Shown piece by piece: positions 24,702 through 32,000 of a DNA stretch of 32,000 nt. Both the position numbers and the translations under genes were made by a program. The notes below the pieces were generated by a model. That model did no database searches, was not told the DNA's origin, and saw nothing but the letters and a program-made list of their open reading frames with translations. Where the stretch lies: positions 330,001-362,000 of the forward strand of contig NC_008340.1 in the NCBI RefSeq assembly GCF_000014785.1, read 5' to 3'. The DNA comes from Alkalilimnicola ehrlichii MLHE-1. Lineage in GTDB: Bacteria; Pseudomonadota; Gammaproteobacteria; Nitrococcales; Halorhodospiraceae. Every line of letters begins with the position of its first letter. Position 1 is the first letter of the stretch.

Positions 24702-26462
24702 TCACTCGGCTTCACGCGCCTCGCGCTCGGCGAGGCGCTTGAGTTCCTCCGGGTTGCGGAATAGGCGCACCGCCTCCAGCAGGATCCAGATGGCAAAGCC
24801 CAGGATGATGGCGCCGAGGATGAAGAGCAGCCACTGGGCATCGGCCTCACCGAGACCGGACCAAGTGAAGACCACCTGCTGGATCATGGCCCAGACGGTC
24901 ATGGTCAGCAGGAAGACCATGGGTACCAGGGTCGGCAGCGGGCTACGGCCCTGGCGGTAGAGCCAGAGCGAGATCAGCATCAGGGTGATGCCGGCCAGCA
25001 GCTGGTTGGAGGTGCCGAACAGCGGCCAGAGCAGGAAGCCGCCGGAGCCGAGGCCGCGGCCCCCGTCCGGCAGCAGGACCAGCAGGGCGGTCAGGAACAC
25101 GGCGATGAAGGTGGCCACGTAGCGCTGGGAGAGCTTAGGCGCGCCGTACTCCACCCCCAGCTCGCCGATGATGTAGCGCAGGAGGCGCACCGCGGAGTCG
25201 AGGGTGGTGGCGGCGAAGCTGACGATAATAATGGCCACGATGGTCTGGCCCACGGCCGCCGGGATGCCCAGCCCGGAGATCAGCTCTCCGGCGCCGCCGA
25301 CGAAGTTGCCCACCCCACCGGCGCCGGCGGCGGCGAAGCTGGAGTAGGCCTCGTGGAAGTCCGTGGTGCTGGCGAAGAAGGTGGCCACCGCCAGAATGGT
25401 GATCAACGCCAGTGTGCCCTCGCCCACGGCGCCCAGATAGCCAATGGTACGGGCATCGGTCTCCTTATTGAGCTGCTTGGACGAGGTCCCCGAGGCCACC
25501 AGCCCGTGGAAGCCGGAGATGGCGCCGCAGGCGATGGTGATGAACAGCAGCGGGAACCAGGACGTGGTGGCCTCGCTGTTGAAGGCGGGGGCGGTGACGG
25601 TGGGCGCGGCGACCAGCAGACCGCCGTAGAGCAGCAGCAGACCCACCACCAGCTGTTGGGCGTTGATGTAGTCGCGCGGCTGCAGCAGCTTCCAGACTGG
25701 CAGCGTGCTGGCGACGAAGACGTAGGCCAGCAGGATCAGGATCCAGATCAGGAACGATGCCCCCACGGCGTCCAGACCGAACATGACGTTGGTGGCCTGT
25801 TCGCCCCCCATCCAGCCCACCAGGTCGATCTGCAGCGCCGGCACGTAGGTCGCGACCACTGCCGCGCCGTACATTACCGCCAGCGCGACCAGTGAGGGGA
25901 TAAGCATGTTGCCCTTACGGCGCAGCACCGCGTACCCGATCCAGATGGCCAGCGGGATCTGAATGAAGACCGAGAGCACGGCTGCCGGGTTGCTGATGAA
26001 CAGGTTGGCGATGACCCAGGCGAAGACCGCGTTCACCATCAGCACGAGGATCAGGATGATAAACAGGAACAACAGCTTGGCCCGCCGCCCCACCAGCCGA
26101 TTGGCCAGGGTGCCGATGGACTGCCCCTTATGCCGCGCCGACAGCACCAGGGCACCGAAATCGTGTACCCCGGCGGCGAACACCGTGCCCAGCACCACCC
26201 AGAGCATGGCCGGCAGCCAGCCCCAGTACATGGCGATGGCCGGCCCTACGATGGGAGCGGCGCCGGCCACGGAGGTGAAGTGGTGGCCCCAGAGCACCCA
26301 TTTATTGGTGGGGACGAAGTCCACCCCGTCGTTGTAGCGGTTGGCCGGCGTGATGAAATTGGGATCGAGCCGGTAGATGCGCTCGGCCAGGAACTTGGAG
26401 TAGTAACGCCAGCCAAGGATGTAGATCAGGCCGGCAATAAAGGCAAGCCAAACTGCGTTCAT
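24702..26462 (-). CDS. cstA: carbon starvation protein A family transporter
   Basis: The 586-aa polytopic product has CstA N-terminal motifs: WGHHFTSVAGAAPIVGPAIA and GAVHDF-like (GVHDFGALV). Confidence 0.93.
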   Translation of the reverse strand: MNAVWLAFIAGLIYILGWRYYSKFLAERIYRLDPNFITPANRYNDGVDFVPTNKWVLWGHHFTSVAGAAPIVGPAIAMYWGWLPAMLWVVLGTVFAAGVHDFGALVLSARHKGQSIGTLANRLVGRRAKLLFLFIILILVLMVNAVFAWVIANLFISNPAAVLSVFIQIPLAIWIGYAVLRRKGNMLIPSLVALAVMYGAAVVATYVPALQIDLVGWMGGEQATNVMFGLDAVGASFLIWILILLAYVFVASTLPVWKLLQPRDYINAQQLVVGLLLLYGGLLVAAPTVTAPAFNSEATTSWFPLLFITIACGAISGFHGLVASGTSSKQLNKETDARTIGYLGAVGEGTLALITILAVATFFASTTDFHEAYSSFAAAGAGGVGNFVGGAGELISGLGIPAAVGQTIVAIIIVSFAATTLDSAVRLLRYIIGELGVEYGAPKLSQRYVATFIAVFLTALLVLLPDGGRGLGSGGFLLWPLFGTSNQLLAGITLMLISLWLYRQGRSPLPTLVPMVFLLTMTVWAMIQQVVFTWSGLGEADAQWLLFILGAIILGFAIWILLEAVRLFRNPEELKRLAEREAREAE

Positions 26463-26591
26463 GATCGTCGTCTCCCAGTGGGGGCTTATCCGTTTCTGGA
26501 CTATGGTTGTTGGAATCGTTGTTCAGGGACGGTTCTTGTCTAAAGTGGAGCCGTCTATGCTGCAATATGGAAGACCATTGCGCGGTATTAC

Positions 26592-26619
26592 CTTATATGG
26601 TCAAACCAGTTCGTGTAAA
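26592..26619 (-). promoter_or_regulatory. candidate sigma70 promoter for cstA
   Basis: On the minus strand: TTTACA (complement of 26614-26619), a 16-nt spacer, then TATAAG (complement of 26592-26597). It lies in the only AT-rich stretch of this region and implies a leader of about 120 nt. Confidence 0.4.
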
Positions 26620-26711
26620 TTGTAGGTGCGTCGCCCGGGTGATTGTAGAATCATGCTGCAGCTCGGAAGCGGCCTTCGCATTATTCAATGACTGACGAGG
26701 AGGGTGTAACT

Positions 26712-27152
26712 ATGGGCTCGATTGTCGTGGGGGTGGACGGCTCTGAAGGGTCCCGCCGTGCCCTGCTGGCTGCCCTGGAGGAGGCGCGGTTGCGTAAGTT
26801 GCCGCTGCGGACCGTCTACGTGCTGGATCGCCGGTACCTGGATCCGGAGTGGGGTGTGTTGGTGGCGCCGCCCATCAAAGAGCTGGAGAAAGAGGCCCGG
26901 GGTATTCTGGAGAAGCTCGTGGCCTCGGTGGCCGATCAGGCCAAGGGCGTGGACGTGCAACAGGAGGTGGTGTTGGCCGAGAAGCACGGTACCGCGCGCA
27001 CCCTCTTGGACCACGCCTCGGACGCCGAACTGTTGGTGGTGGGGAGCCGCGGCCACGGTGGCTTCGCCGGCCTGTTGTTGGGCTCGGTGAGCCATCAGGT
27101 CCTGCAGTTTGCCGACTGTCCAGTGCTGGTGGTGCCGCGCGGCGCACATTGA
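26712..27152 (+). CDS. universal stress protein (UspA family)
   Basis: The ATG at 26712 has GAGGAGGG 9-10 nt upstream. IVVGVDGS and VVGSRGHGGFAGLLLGSVS (ATP-binding type) are present. Confidence 0.85.
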   Translation: MGSIVVGVDGSEGSRRALLAALEEARLRKLPLRTVYVLDRRYLDPEWGVLVAPPIKELEKEARGILEKLVASVADQAKGVDVQQEVVLAEKHGTARTLLDHASDAELLVVGSRGHGGFAGLLLGSVSHQVLQFADCPVLVVPRGAH

Positions 27153-27163
27153 TGCCCAGCCCG

Positions 27164-27202
27164 CCCTCGCCCCGGCCTGCTCGGGGTGGGGGGCTTTGGG
27201 TT
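27164..27202 (+). terminator. possible intrinsic terminator after usp
   Basis: An imperfect 11-bp stem pairs 27164-27174 with 27182-27192 and includes two G-U pairs. The loop is 7 nt. The stem is followed by CTTTGGGTT, a weak U-tract. Confidence 0.3.
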
Positions 27203-28139
27203 AGTACTGCAGTTGTTTGCTGATCTGGATGGCCGTGGCCAGTGCCCGGCGACCGGCGTGGCCGTCCACCAGCGGCGTTCGCCCCTCCCGGATACATGCC
27301 GTGAAGTCGCGGATCTCCGCCATCAGGGCGTCGCCATCCTCGAACACCGACTCCTCGCTGATGATCTCCGGTATGCCCGGGAACATCTCCCGGTCACCGG
27401 GCCGGTGGTGGGTCAACACCCGGTTCTGGAAGTCCACGGAGACATAGCCGTGGGGCAGGAAGAGCCGCACCTTGCGCTCCACCTTCATGCTGACCCGGCT
27501 GGCGGTGACGTTGGCCACGCAGCCCCCGGGGAACTGCAGCCGGGCATTGGCGATGTCGGTGTCCTGGGTGAGCACCGGCACGCCCTTGGCATCGATCCGC
27601 TCCGGCGTCTCGTTGACCAGCGAGAGAATGATGTCGATGTCGTGGATCATCAGATCGAGGACCACGCTGACATCCGTGGCCCGCGGCTTGAACGGTGCCA
27701 GTCGGTGGCATTCGATGAACCGGGGCGGCTTGTTCTTCATGTCCAGGTCCATCAGCGCCGCATTGAACCGCTCCAGGTGCCCCACCTGGAGCAGGGCACC
27801 GTGCCGGTGGGCCAGTTCAATCAACTCGTCGGCCTCATCCAGGGTGGTGGTGATGGGCTTTTCCACCAGCACGTGGACCCCGGCGGAGAGCAGGTCCCGG
27901 GTGATCCGGTAGTGCAGCGACGTGGGTGCCGCCACGCTGACGGCGTCGACCTGGCCCAGCAGCGCCCGATGGTCGTCCAGCAGCGGTACGCCATGCTTGT
28001 CGGCCACCGCCCGGCCGGCGGCCTCGTCCACGTCCACCACGGCCACCAACTCACAGTCCGGCAGAGCGGCGTATTTGTCGGCGTGAAACCGCCCCAAGTG
28101 CCCGGTTCCGACCACGGCACAGCGCAGCTTGCCCGTCAT
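27201..28139 (-). CDS. Gfo/Idh/MocA-family NAD(P)-dependent oxidoreductase
   Basis: The N-terminal Rossmann motif is VVGTGHLGRFHA, and the EKP motif (VLVEKPI) is present. The substrate cannot be assigned from sequence alone. Confidence 0.85.
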   Translation of the reverse strand: MTGKLRCAVVGTGHLGRFHADKYAALPDCELVAVVDVDEAAGRAVADKHGVPLLDDHRALLGQVDAVSVAAPTSLHYRITRDLLSAGVHVLVEKPITTTLDEADELIELAHRHGALLQVGHLERFNAALMDLDMKNKPPRFIECHRLAPFKPRATDVSVVLDLMIHDIDIILSLVNETPERIDAKGVPVLTQDTDIANARLQFPGGCVANVTASRVSMKVERKVRLFLPHGYVSVDFQNRVLTHHRPGDREMFPGIPEIISEESVFEDGDALMAEIRDFTACIREGRTPLVDGHAGRRALATAIQISKQLQY

Positions 28140-28216
28140 CGCGGCTCCCTATGTTTGAAAGGTTGATAGGGCCGTCAGTATACCGGGACATCGGCCCCGC
28201 CGCAGGCCGTGTCGGG

Positions 28217-29473
28217 CTAGCCTGTGCGCTTGACCGCCTTTAACCCCTGGCGGTCCTCACCATCCAGAGCGGCCAGGCGGTCCTCCGCCTCGCTGATGTA
28301 ATCGCGGGTCAGGGGCACGGCCCGGCGGTCGCGGCTGAGCTGGATCTGGAAGACCATATGATCGAGGTGGCGGAAGGCCGCCTCGCTGGCCAGCAGGTAA
28401 TACTCCCACATGCGGCAGAAGCGCTCGTCATAGAGCGCTTTGATGCGCTCGCGGTTGGCGACGAAGCGGTCGTGCCAGGCGCGAAGGGTTTCAGCGTAGT
28501 GCAGGCGGAGGATCTCCACATCGGTGACCCAAAGGCGGGACTTCTCCACGGCCCGTAGCACCTCCGAGAGTGCCGGGCAGTAGCCGCCCGGAAAGATGTA
28601 CTTGGCGATCCAGGGGTTGGTGCGCGCCGGCGGGCTTATGCGGCCGATGGCGTGGATCAGGGCGATGCCGTCCGGTTTCAGCAGCCGGCGCAGATGGCCG
28701 AAGAACTCGCGGTAGTGGGTGACGCCGACATGCTCGAACATGCCCACCGAGACAATCCGGTCGTAGGGACCCTGGCGTTCGCGGTAATCCTGAAGCTCGA
28801 AGGCGACGCGATCATCCAGTCCGGCCTCCTGCGCCCGCGCCCGGGCGACCCGCAGTTGCTCGGTGGAGAGTGTGACCCCGGTGACGTTGACCGGGGCATA
28901 GCGGGCTAGCGACAGTCCCATGCCGCCCCAGCCGCTGCCGATATCCAGCACCTCTTGGCCCGGTTCCAGGCAAAGCTTGGCGGCGATGTGCCGCTTCTTC
29001 TTCTGCTGCGCGGTTTCCAGGCTTTCGTCGCCATTCTGGAAGTAGGCGCAGGAGTACTGCCGGTCCTCGTCCAGAAAGAGGTCGAACAGCTCGTCCGAGA
29101 GGTCGTAATGGTGGGCGACATTTCGCCGCGCCCGCCCCAGCGGGTTAAACTGGGCCAGATAGCGCAGTGGGCGTAACAACCGGCGTTGCACTTGGTGCCA
29201 GCGGGTTTGCTCCAGCTCCCGCAGGGCCCGGCAGGCGATGGCCAGGAGGTCGCGCAGGGTGCCCTCCTCGAGCTGGATGCGTTGGTCCATCCAGGCCTCA
29301 CCCAGTTCCAGGTCCGGTCGCACGCCGAGCCGGCGGACGGTCCGCCAGTCGTTGATGCGCAGGGTGACCTTCGGGGGGGCTCCGGGGCCGAATGTACGTT
29401 GCCGGCCATCCGGGAGGATGACCTTGAGCCGTCCCTCGGTCACAATGCGGTTCAACAGGTGTGCCAAAAGCAT
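28217..29473 (-). CDS. cfa: cyclopropane-fatty-acyl-phospholipid synthase family SAM-dependent methyltransferase
   Basis: The SAM motif is VLDIGSGWGG. HYDLSDELFDLFLD and IFPGGYCP are typical of CFA/mycolic-acid cyclopropane synthases. I prefer the ATG at 29473 (AAGGAG 6 nt upstream) over the GTG at 29479. Confidence 0.85.
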   Translation of the reverse strand: MLLAHLLNRIVTEGRLKVILPDGRQRTFGPGAPPKVTLRINDWRTVRRLGVRPDLELGEAWMDQRIQLEEGTLRDLLAIACRALRELEQTRWHQVQRRLLRPLRYLAQFNPLGRARRNVAHHYDLSDELFDLFLDEDRQYSCAYFQNGDESLETAQQKKKRHIAAKLCLEPGQEVLDIGSGWGGMGLSLARYAPVNVTGVTLSTEQLRVARARAQEAGLDDRVAFELQDYRERQGPYDRIVSVGMFEHVGVTHYREFFGHLRRLLKPDGIALIHAIGRISPPARTNPWIAKYIFPGGYCPALSEVLRAVEKSRLWVTDVEILRLHYAETLRAWHDRFVANRERIKALYDERFCRMWEYYLLASEAAFRHLDHMVFQIQLSRDRRAVPLTRDYISEAEDRLAALDGEDRQGLKAVKRTG

Positions 29474-29602
29474 CGCCACCTCCTTCGGCGGCCGGAGGCC
29501 TCCGGCCTGGTACCGCCGGCCGGCTGTCGGTTGTCAACTCAATCTGTTATTCAGGATAGATTCATTTCGTCGGTAATGCCGATACACAATCCGGGAGTGC
29601 CT

Positions 29603-30466
29603 GTGACGAACTCACCCTATATTGTTGATATCACCATGGATAACTTCCAGTCGGAGGTGCTGGAAGGGTCCATGCAGCAGCCTGTCCTGGTGGACTTCTG
29701 GGCCGAGTGGTGTGAGCCCTGCAAGACGTTGATGCCCCTGCTGGAAAAGTTGGCGGAGGAGTTCCGCGGCGCGTTCCGGCTGGCGCGGGTCAACTGCGAC
29801 GAGCAGCAGGCCATCGCCGCCCAAGTGGGGGTCCGCAGCCTGCCCACAGTCATCCTGGTATCACAGGGCCAGGTGCTGGATCAGTTCACCGGTGCCCTGC
29901 CGGAGGGGGAACTGCGCCGCTTTCTCGAGCAGCATGTAGAACCGCCGCAGGCCGATCCCCTGGAGCAGGCGCGCGAGCACTTGGCCGCCGGCGAGCCGCA
30001 GGCCGCCGTGCCCCTGCTGGAGGCGCTGCACGGGCAACGCCCGGACGACCAGGACGTGGCCCTGGAGCTGGCCCACGCGCTGATGCAGGCCGGGGAGCCG
30101 GATCGGGCCGAGGCCATCGTCGCGGAACTCCCCGATGAGGCCCGGCACGACCCGCGTTGCAAGGGCATCAAGGCCCGGCGGGCCTTCGCCGAGCAATTGG
30201 CTGATCTGCCCGGGCGTGAGGCCCTGGCCGCCCGTGTGGAGCAGGACCCGCGCGACAGCGAGGCCCGCCACGGCCTGGCCCTGCACCAGGTACTGGCCGG
30301 CGAGCACGACGCCGCCCTGGAGAACCTGCTCTGGATCGTTCGCCACGACCGGGCTTGGGACAACGACCGCGGTCGGCAGACGTTGTTGGCGGTCTTTGAT
30401 CTGCTCGGCGCCGACGACCCGCTGGTGCGTCAGTACCGCAGCCGGTTGTTCCAGAGCCTGTATTGA
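29603..30466 (+). CDS. thioredoxin-domain plus TPR-like protein (YbbN/CnoX-type co-chaperone)
   Basis: The GTG at 29603 has GGGAG 5 nt upstream, and the ATG at 29576 is an alternative. The N-terminal Trx fold has a canonical WCEPC active site. The C-terminal helical repeat region ends ...YRSRLFQSLY. The long track ORF from 29186 is antisense to cfa. Confidence 0.85.
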   Translation: MTNSPYIVDITMDNFQSEVLEGSMQQPVLVDFWAEWCEPCKTLMPLLEKLAEEFRGAFRLARVNCDEQQAIAAQVGVRSLPTVILVSQGQVLDQFTGALPEGELRRFLEQHVEPPQADPLEQAREHLAAGEPQAAVPLLEALHGQRPDDQDVALELAHALMQAGEPDRAEAIVAELPDEARHDPRCKGIKARRAFAEQLADLPGREALAARVEQDPRDSEARHGLALHQVLAGEHDAALENLLWIVRHDRAWDNDRGRQTLLAVFDLLGADDPLVRQYRSRLFQSLY

Positions 30467-30590
30467 CTCCGGTGACGGGGCCCGCGACGTTCTGCCAGGC
30501 ACCCGGCTTTGTACCGGCCGGCCCAATGGCGGTATTCTGTTGTGCAGATTTCATGCGGGCCGCGCGGCCGGCCGCCAGCGGGGTATCCAG

Positions 30591-31379
30591 ATGGCGCAAT
30601 GGCAGGGAGAACGGGTAGTGCAATTGGCAGGGTCGAGAGGCGCCTGTAGCGACTGCTCCCTGTTCAACCTTTGCCTCCCCAAGGGGCTGGACAACGAACA
30701 TGTCCAGCGTCTGGATGTGATCCTTCAGCGCCAGCGCCCGCTGGCCCGGGGGGATGTGCTCTACCGGGAGGGGGACGAGTTTCGCACCGTCTACGCGGTG
30801 CGGGCCGGGTCGCTTAAGACCTATACCATCTCCCGCGAGGGTGAGGAGCAGGTCACCGGCTTCCATATGCCTGGGGAGATGCTGGGGCTGGACGCGGTCA
30901 GTCTGGGGGCGCACCCCTGCGAGGCCAAGGCCCTGGAGACCTCCAGCATATGTGAACTGCCCTTCCACGAGTTGGAAGAGCTGGCCCGGGCCATTCCGGC
31001 GCTCCAGCGTCAGTTGCTGCGCTTGATGAGCAAGGAGATCTTCCAGGACCACGAAATGCTCCATGCACTGGCACGCCGTAACGCCGAGGAGCGCCTGGCC
31101 ATCCTGCTGCTGAACTTCTCCCATCGTTTTGCCCGTCGCGGGCTCTCCGCTACGCGTTTCCGCTTGCCCATGTCCCGCAGTGACCTGAGCAATTACCTCG
31201 GCCTGGCCCCCGAGACCATGAGTCGCCTGTTCAAGCGTTTCCAGGGGCAGGGCTGGCTGCACAGCCGCGGTAAGGAAATCACCCTCAAGGACATGGCCAG
31301 TCTGGAGCGCCTGGCCGGGCATTGCCAGGAGCGCCCCTGTGATCGGCCCGATCTGTCCCGCCCCTCAGGTGGCGGGTAG
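30591..31379 (+). CDS. fnr: FNR/ANR-type oxygen-sensing Crp-family regulator
   Basis: The ATG is at 30591 (MAQWQGER...). The N-terminal Cys cluster CSDCSLFNLC (C-x2-C-x5-C) plus a central Cys (GAHPCEAKA) match the [4Fe-4S] ligand pattern of FNR. A cNMP-like barrel is present, and the C-terminal HTH reads SRSDLSNYLGLAPETMSRLFKRF. Confidence 0.9.
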   Translation: MAQWQGERVVQLAGSRGACSDCSLFNLCLPKGLDNEHVQRLDVILQRQRPLARGDVLYREGDEFRTVYAVRAGSLKTYTISREGEEQVTGFHMPGEMLGLDAVSLGAHPCEAKALETSSICELPFHELEELARAIPALQRQLLRLMSKEIFQDHEMLHALARRNAEERLAILLLNFSHRFARRGLSATRFRLPMSRSDLSNYLGLAPETMSRLFKRFQGQGWLHSRGKEITLKDMASLERLAGHCQERPCDRPDLSRPSGGG

Positions 31380-31401
31380 CGGGCGGGCACCCACGTAATG
31401 A

Positions 31402-31428
31402 GGCCGCGGGCGAGAACGCCACGCGGCC
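31402..31428. terminator. weak hairpin between convergent fnr and hsp20
   Basis: GGCCGCG, a 13-nt loop, then CGCGGCC. There is no clear U-tract on either strand. Confidence 0.25.
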
Positions 31429-31453
31429 CCGGTTTACAGCAGGCAGGCCCCGC

Positions 31454-31906
31454 TTACTCCGACTTGACTTCAATGCGCTGCGCCGGTGGTGCCACCTTCT
31501 TGGGGACGGTGATCTCCAGCACCCCGTTGCGCGAGCGCGCCGCGATGTTGTCCGCGTCCACCGACTCGGGGAGTGCGAACCGGCGGTAGAAGGTGCCGCG
31601 GGCCCGCTCGACACGTTTCCACCCCTCTTCGCTCTCGGTGCTCTCGGACTCGCGGGAGCCCTTAATGGAAAGCACCCCCTGATCCATGCTGATCTCGATA
31701 TCCTCCGGGGCCACCCCGGGCAGATCGGCATGGATGTGGTACGCCTTGTCGTCCTCGGAGATATCCACCGCCGGCAGCCACTGGCCGGCCGACTCGGCAT
31801 TCTCGCCCTCGCCGGCGGTAATCATCCCGCGTTGTCCGAACATCCGGTCCAGGTCGGTCTGGATCTGGCGCAGGGTGGACCACGGGTCATAGCGCATGAT
31901 GGCCAT
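31454..31906 (-). CDS. Hsp20/alpha-crystallin family small heat-shock protein
   Basis: An alpha-crystallin domain is present (AVDISEDDKAYHIHADLPGVAPEDIEISMDQGVLSIKG...GTFYRRFALPESVD...NGVLEITVPK). The start is the ATG 8 nt downstream of AGGAGG (MAIMRYDPW...). Upstream in-frame GTG and ATG codons sit too close to the SD. Confidence 0.9.
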   Translation of the reverse strand: MAIMRYDPWSTLRQIQTDLDRMFGQRGMITAGEGENAESAGQWLPAVDISEDDKAYHIHADLPGVAPEDIEISMDQGVLSIKGSRESESTESEEGWKRVERARGTFYRRFALPESVDADNIAARSRNGVLEITVPKKVAPPAQRIEVKSE

Positions 31907-31970
31907 ATCCATCACCTCCTAAATTCAGGTCATTACCATGGTGTCCCCAGGGCGTCGCCCTCATTCCTGT

Positions 31971-31998
31971 AGATAGGGTGGCGCGGCCGTTTTTCAAG
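31971..31998 (-). promoter_or_regulatory. sigma32 (RpoH)-type heat-shock promoter for hsp20
   Basis: The minus strand reads CTTGAAA, then 13 nt (AACGGCCGCGCCA), then CCCTATCT. The E. coli sigma32 consensus is CTTGAAA-N13-15-CCCCATNT. It lies about 65 nt upstream of the hsp20 ATG, at the window edge. Confidence 0.6.
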
Positions 31999-32000
31999 TG

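Noticed and set aside
26640-26653. FNR/ANR or CRP box upstream of usp (TGATT-GTAG-AATCA)
   Set aside because: In both the FNR (TTGAT-N4-ATCAA) and CRP (TGTGA-N6-TCACA) consensus, the TGA and TCA cores are 6 nt apart. Here they are 8 nt apart. The arms are only 5 bp, so this may be chance or a site for another factor.
29186-29602. Long N-terminal extensions of the thioredoxin-TPR ORF (from 29186) and of the FNR ORF (from 30135)
   Set aside because: The first is antisense to cfa, and the second overlaps the thioredoxin-TPR gene in another frame. In both cases the conserved domains begin at internal starts that have SD sequences (29603 and 30591).
1-32000. Mobile elements, prophage or defence islands, tRNA or rRNA genes
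   Set aside because: I could not recognise any transposase, integrase, phage or cas-like ORF in any frame, and no cloverleaf-like or rRNA-like segments. Apart from short AT-rich promoter regions, composition looks uniform. I cannot run tRNAscan or Infernal here, so small ncRNAs cannot be excluded.

Overview
The window is GC-rich, gene-dense, core-like chromosome. The gene content and order look gammaproteobacterial, possibly Ectothiorhodospiraceae or Chromatiales; that taxonomic guess is inference only. I saw no rRNA, tRNA, CRISPR array, transposase, integrase or prophage genes.

Gene order, left to right:
- ugd (5'-truncated by the window edge) and pgi.
- A convergent DUF815 AAA-type ATPase.
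- A 1.4-kb divergent intergenic region holding two different tandem repeats: an 8-bp microsatellite (GGTTGGCA, about 7.75 copies) and an 11-copy array of a 95-97-bp hairpin-rich unit.
- bioD.
- A complete aa3-type cytochrome c oxidase structural and biogenesis cluster: coxB, coxA, a small membrane ORF, ctaG, coxC, an opposite-strand DUF2909 gene, SURF1, a CxxxC membrane protein, ctaA and ctaB.
- A minus-strand envelope/lipid gene string: cls, an FAD-linked oxidase, a doubly anchored 7-blade propeller protein, mlaA, a possible small ORF, a DUF2845 protein and a GGCT-like protein.
- A BCCT transporter, a Cys-less Fur-family regulator and an NYN nuclease fused to a cold-shock-like OB domain.
- A minus-strand triad of cstA, a 91-aa protein ending in Cys-Cys-stop, and a Cys-free ArsA/Get3-like ATPase.
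- usp, a Gfo/Idh/MocA oxidoreductase, cfa, a thioredoxin-TPR (CnoX/YbbN-like) protein, fnr, and an hsp20 gene with a near-consensus sigma32 promoter at the window edge.

The two items most worth follow-up are the structured tandem array at 3962-5094 and the cstA / CC-tail / ArsA-like triad at 23409-26462. Many long ORFs in the six-frame track are antisense shadows of real genes, or run through the repeats, and I rejected them.
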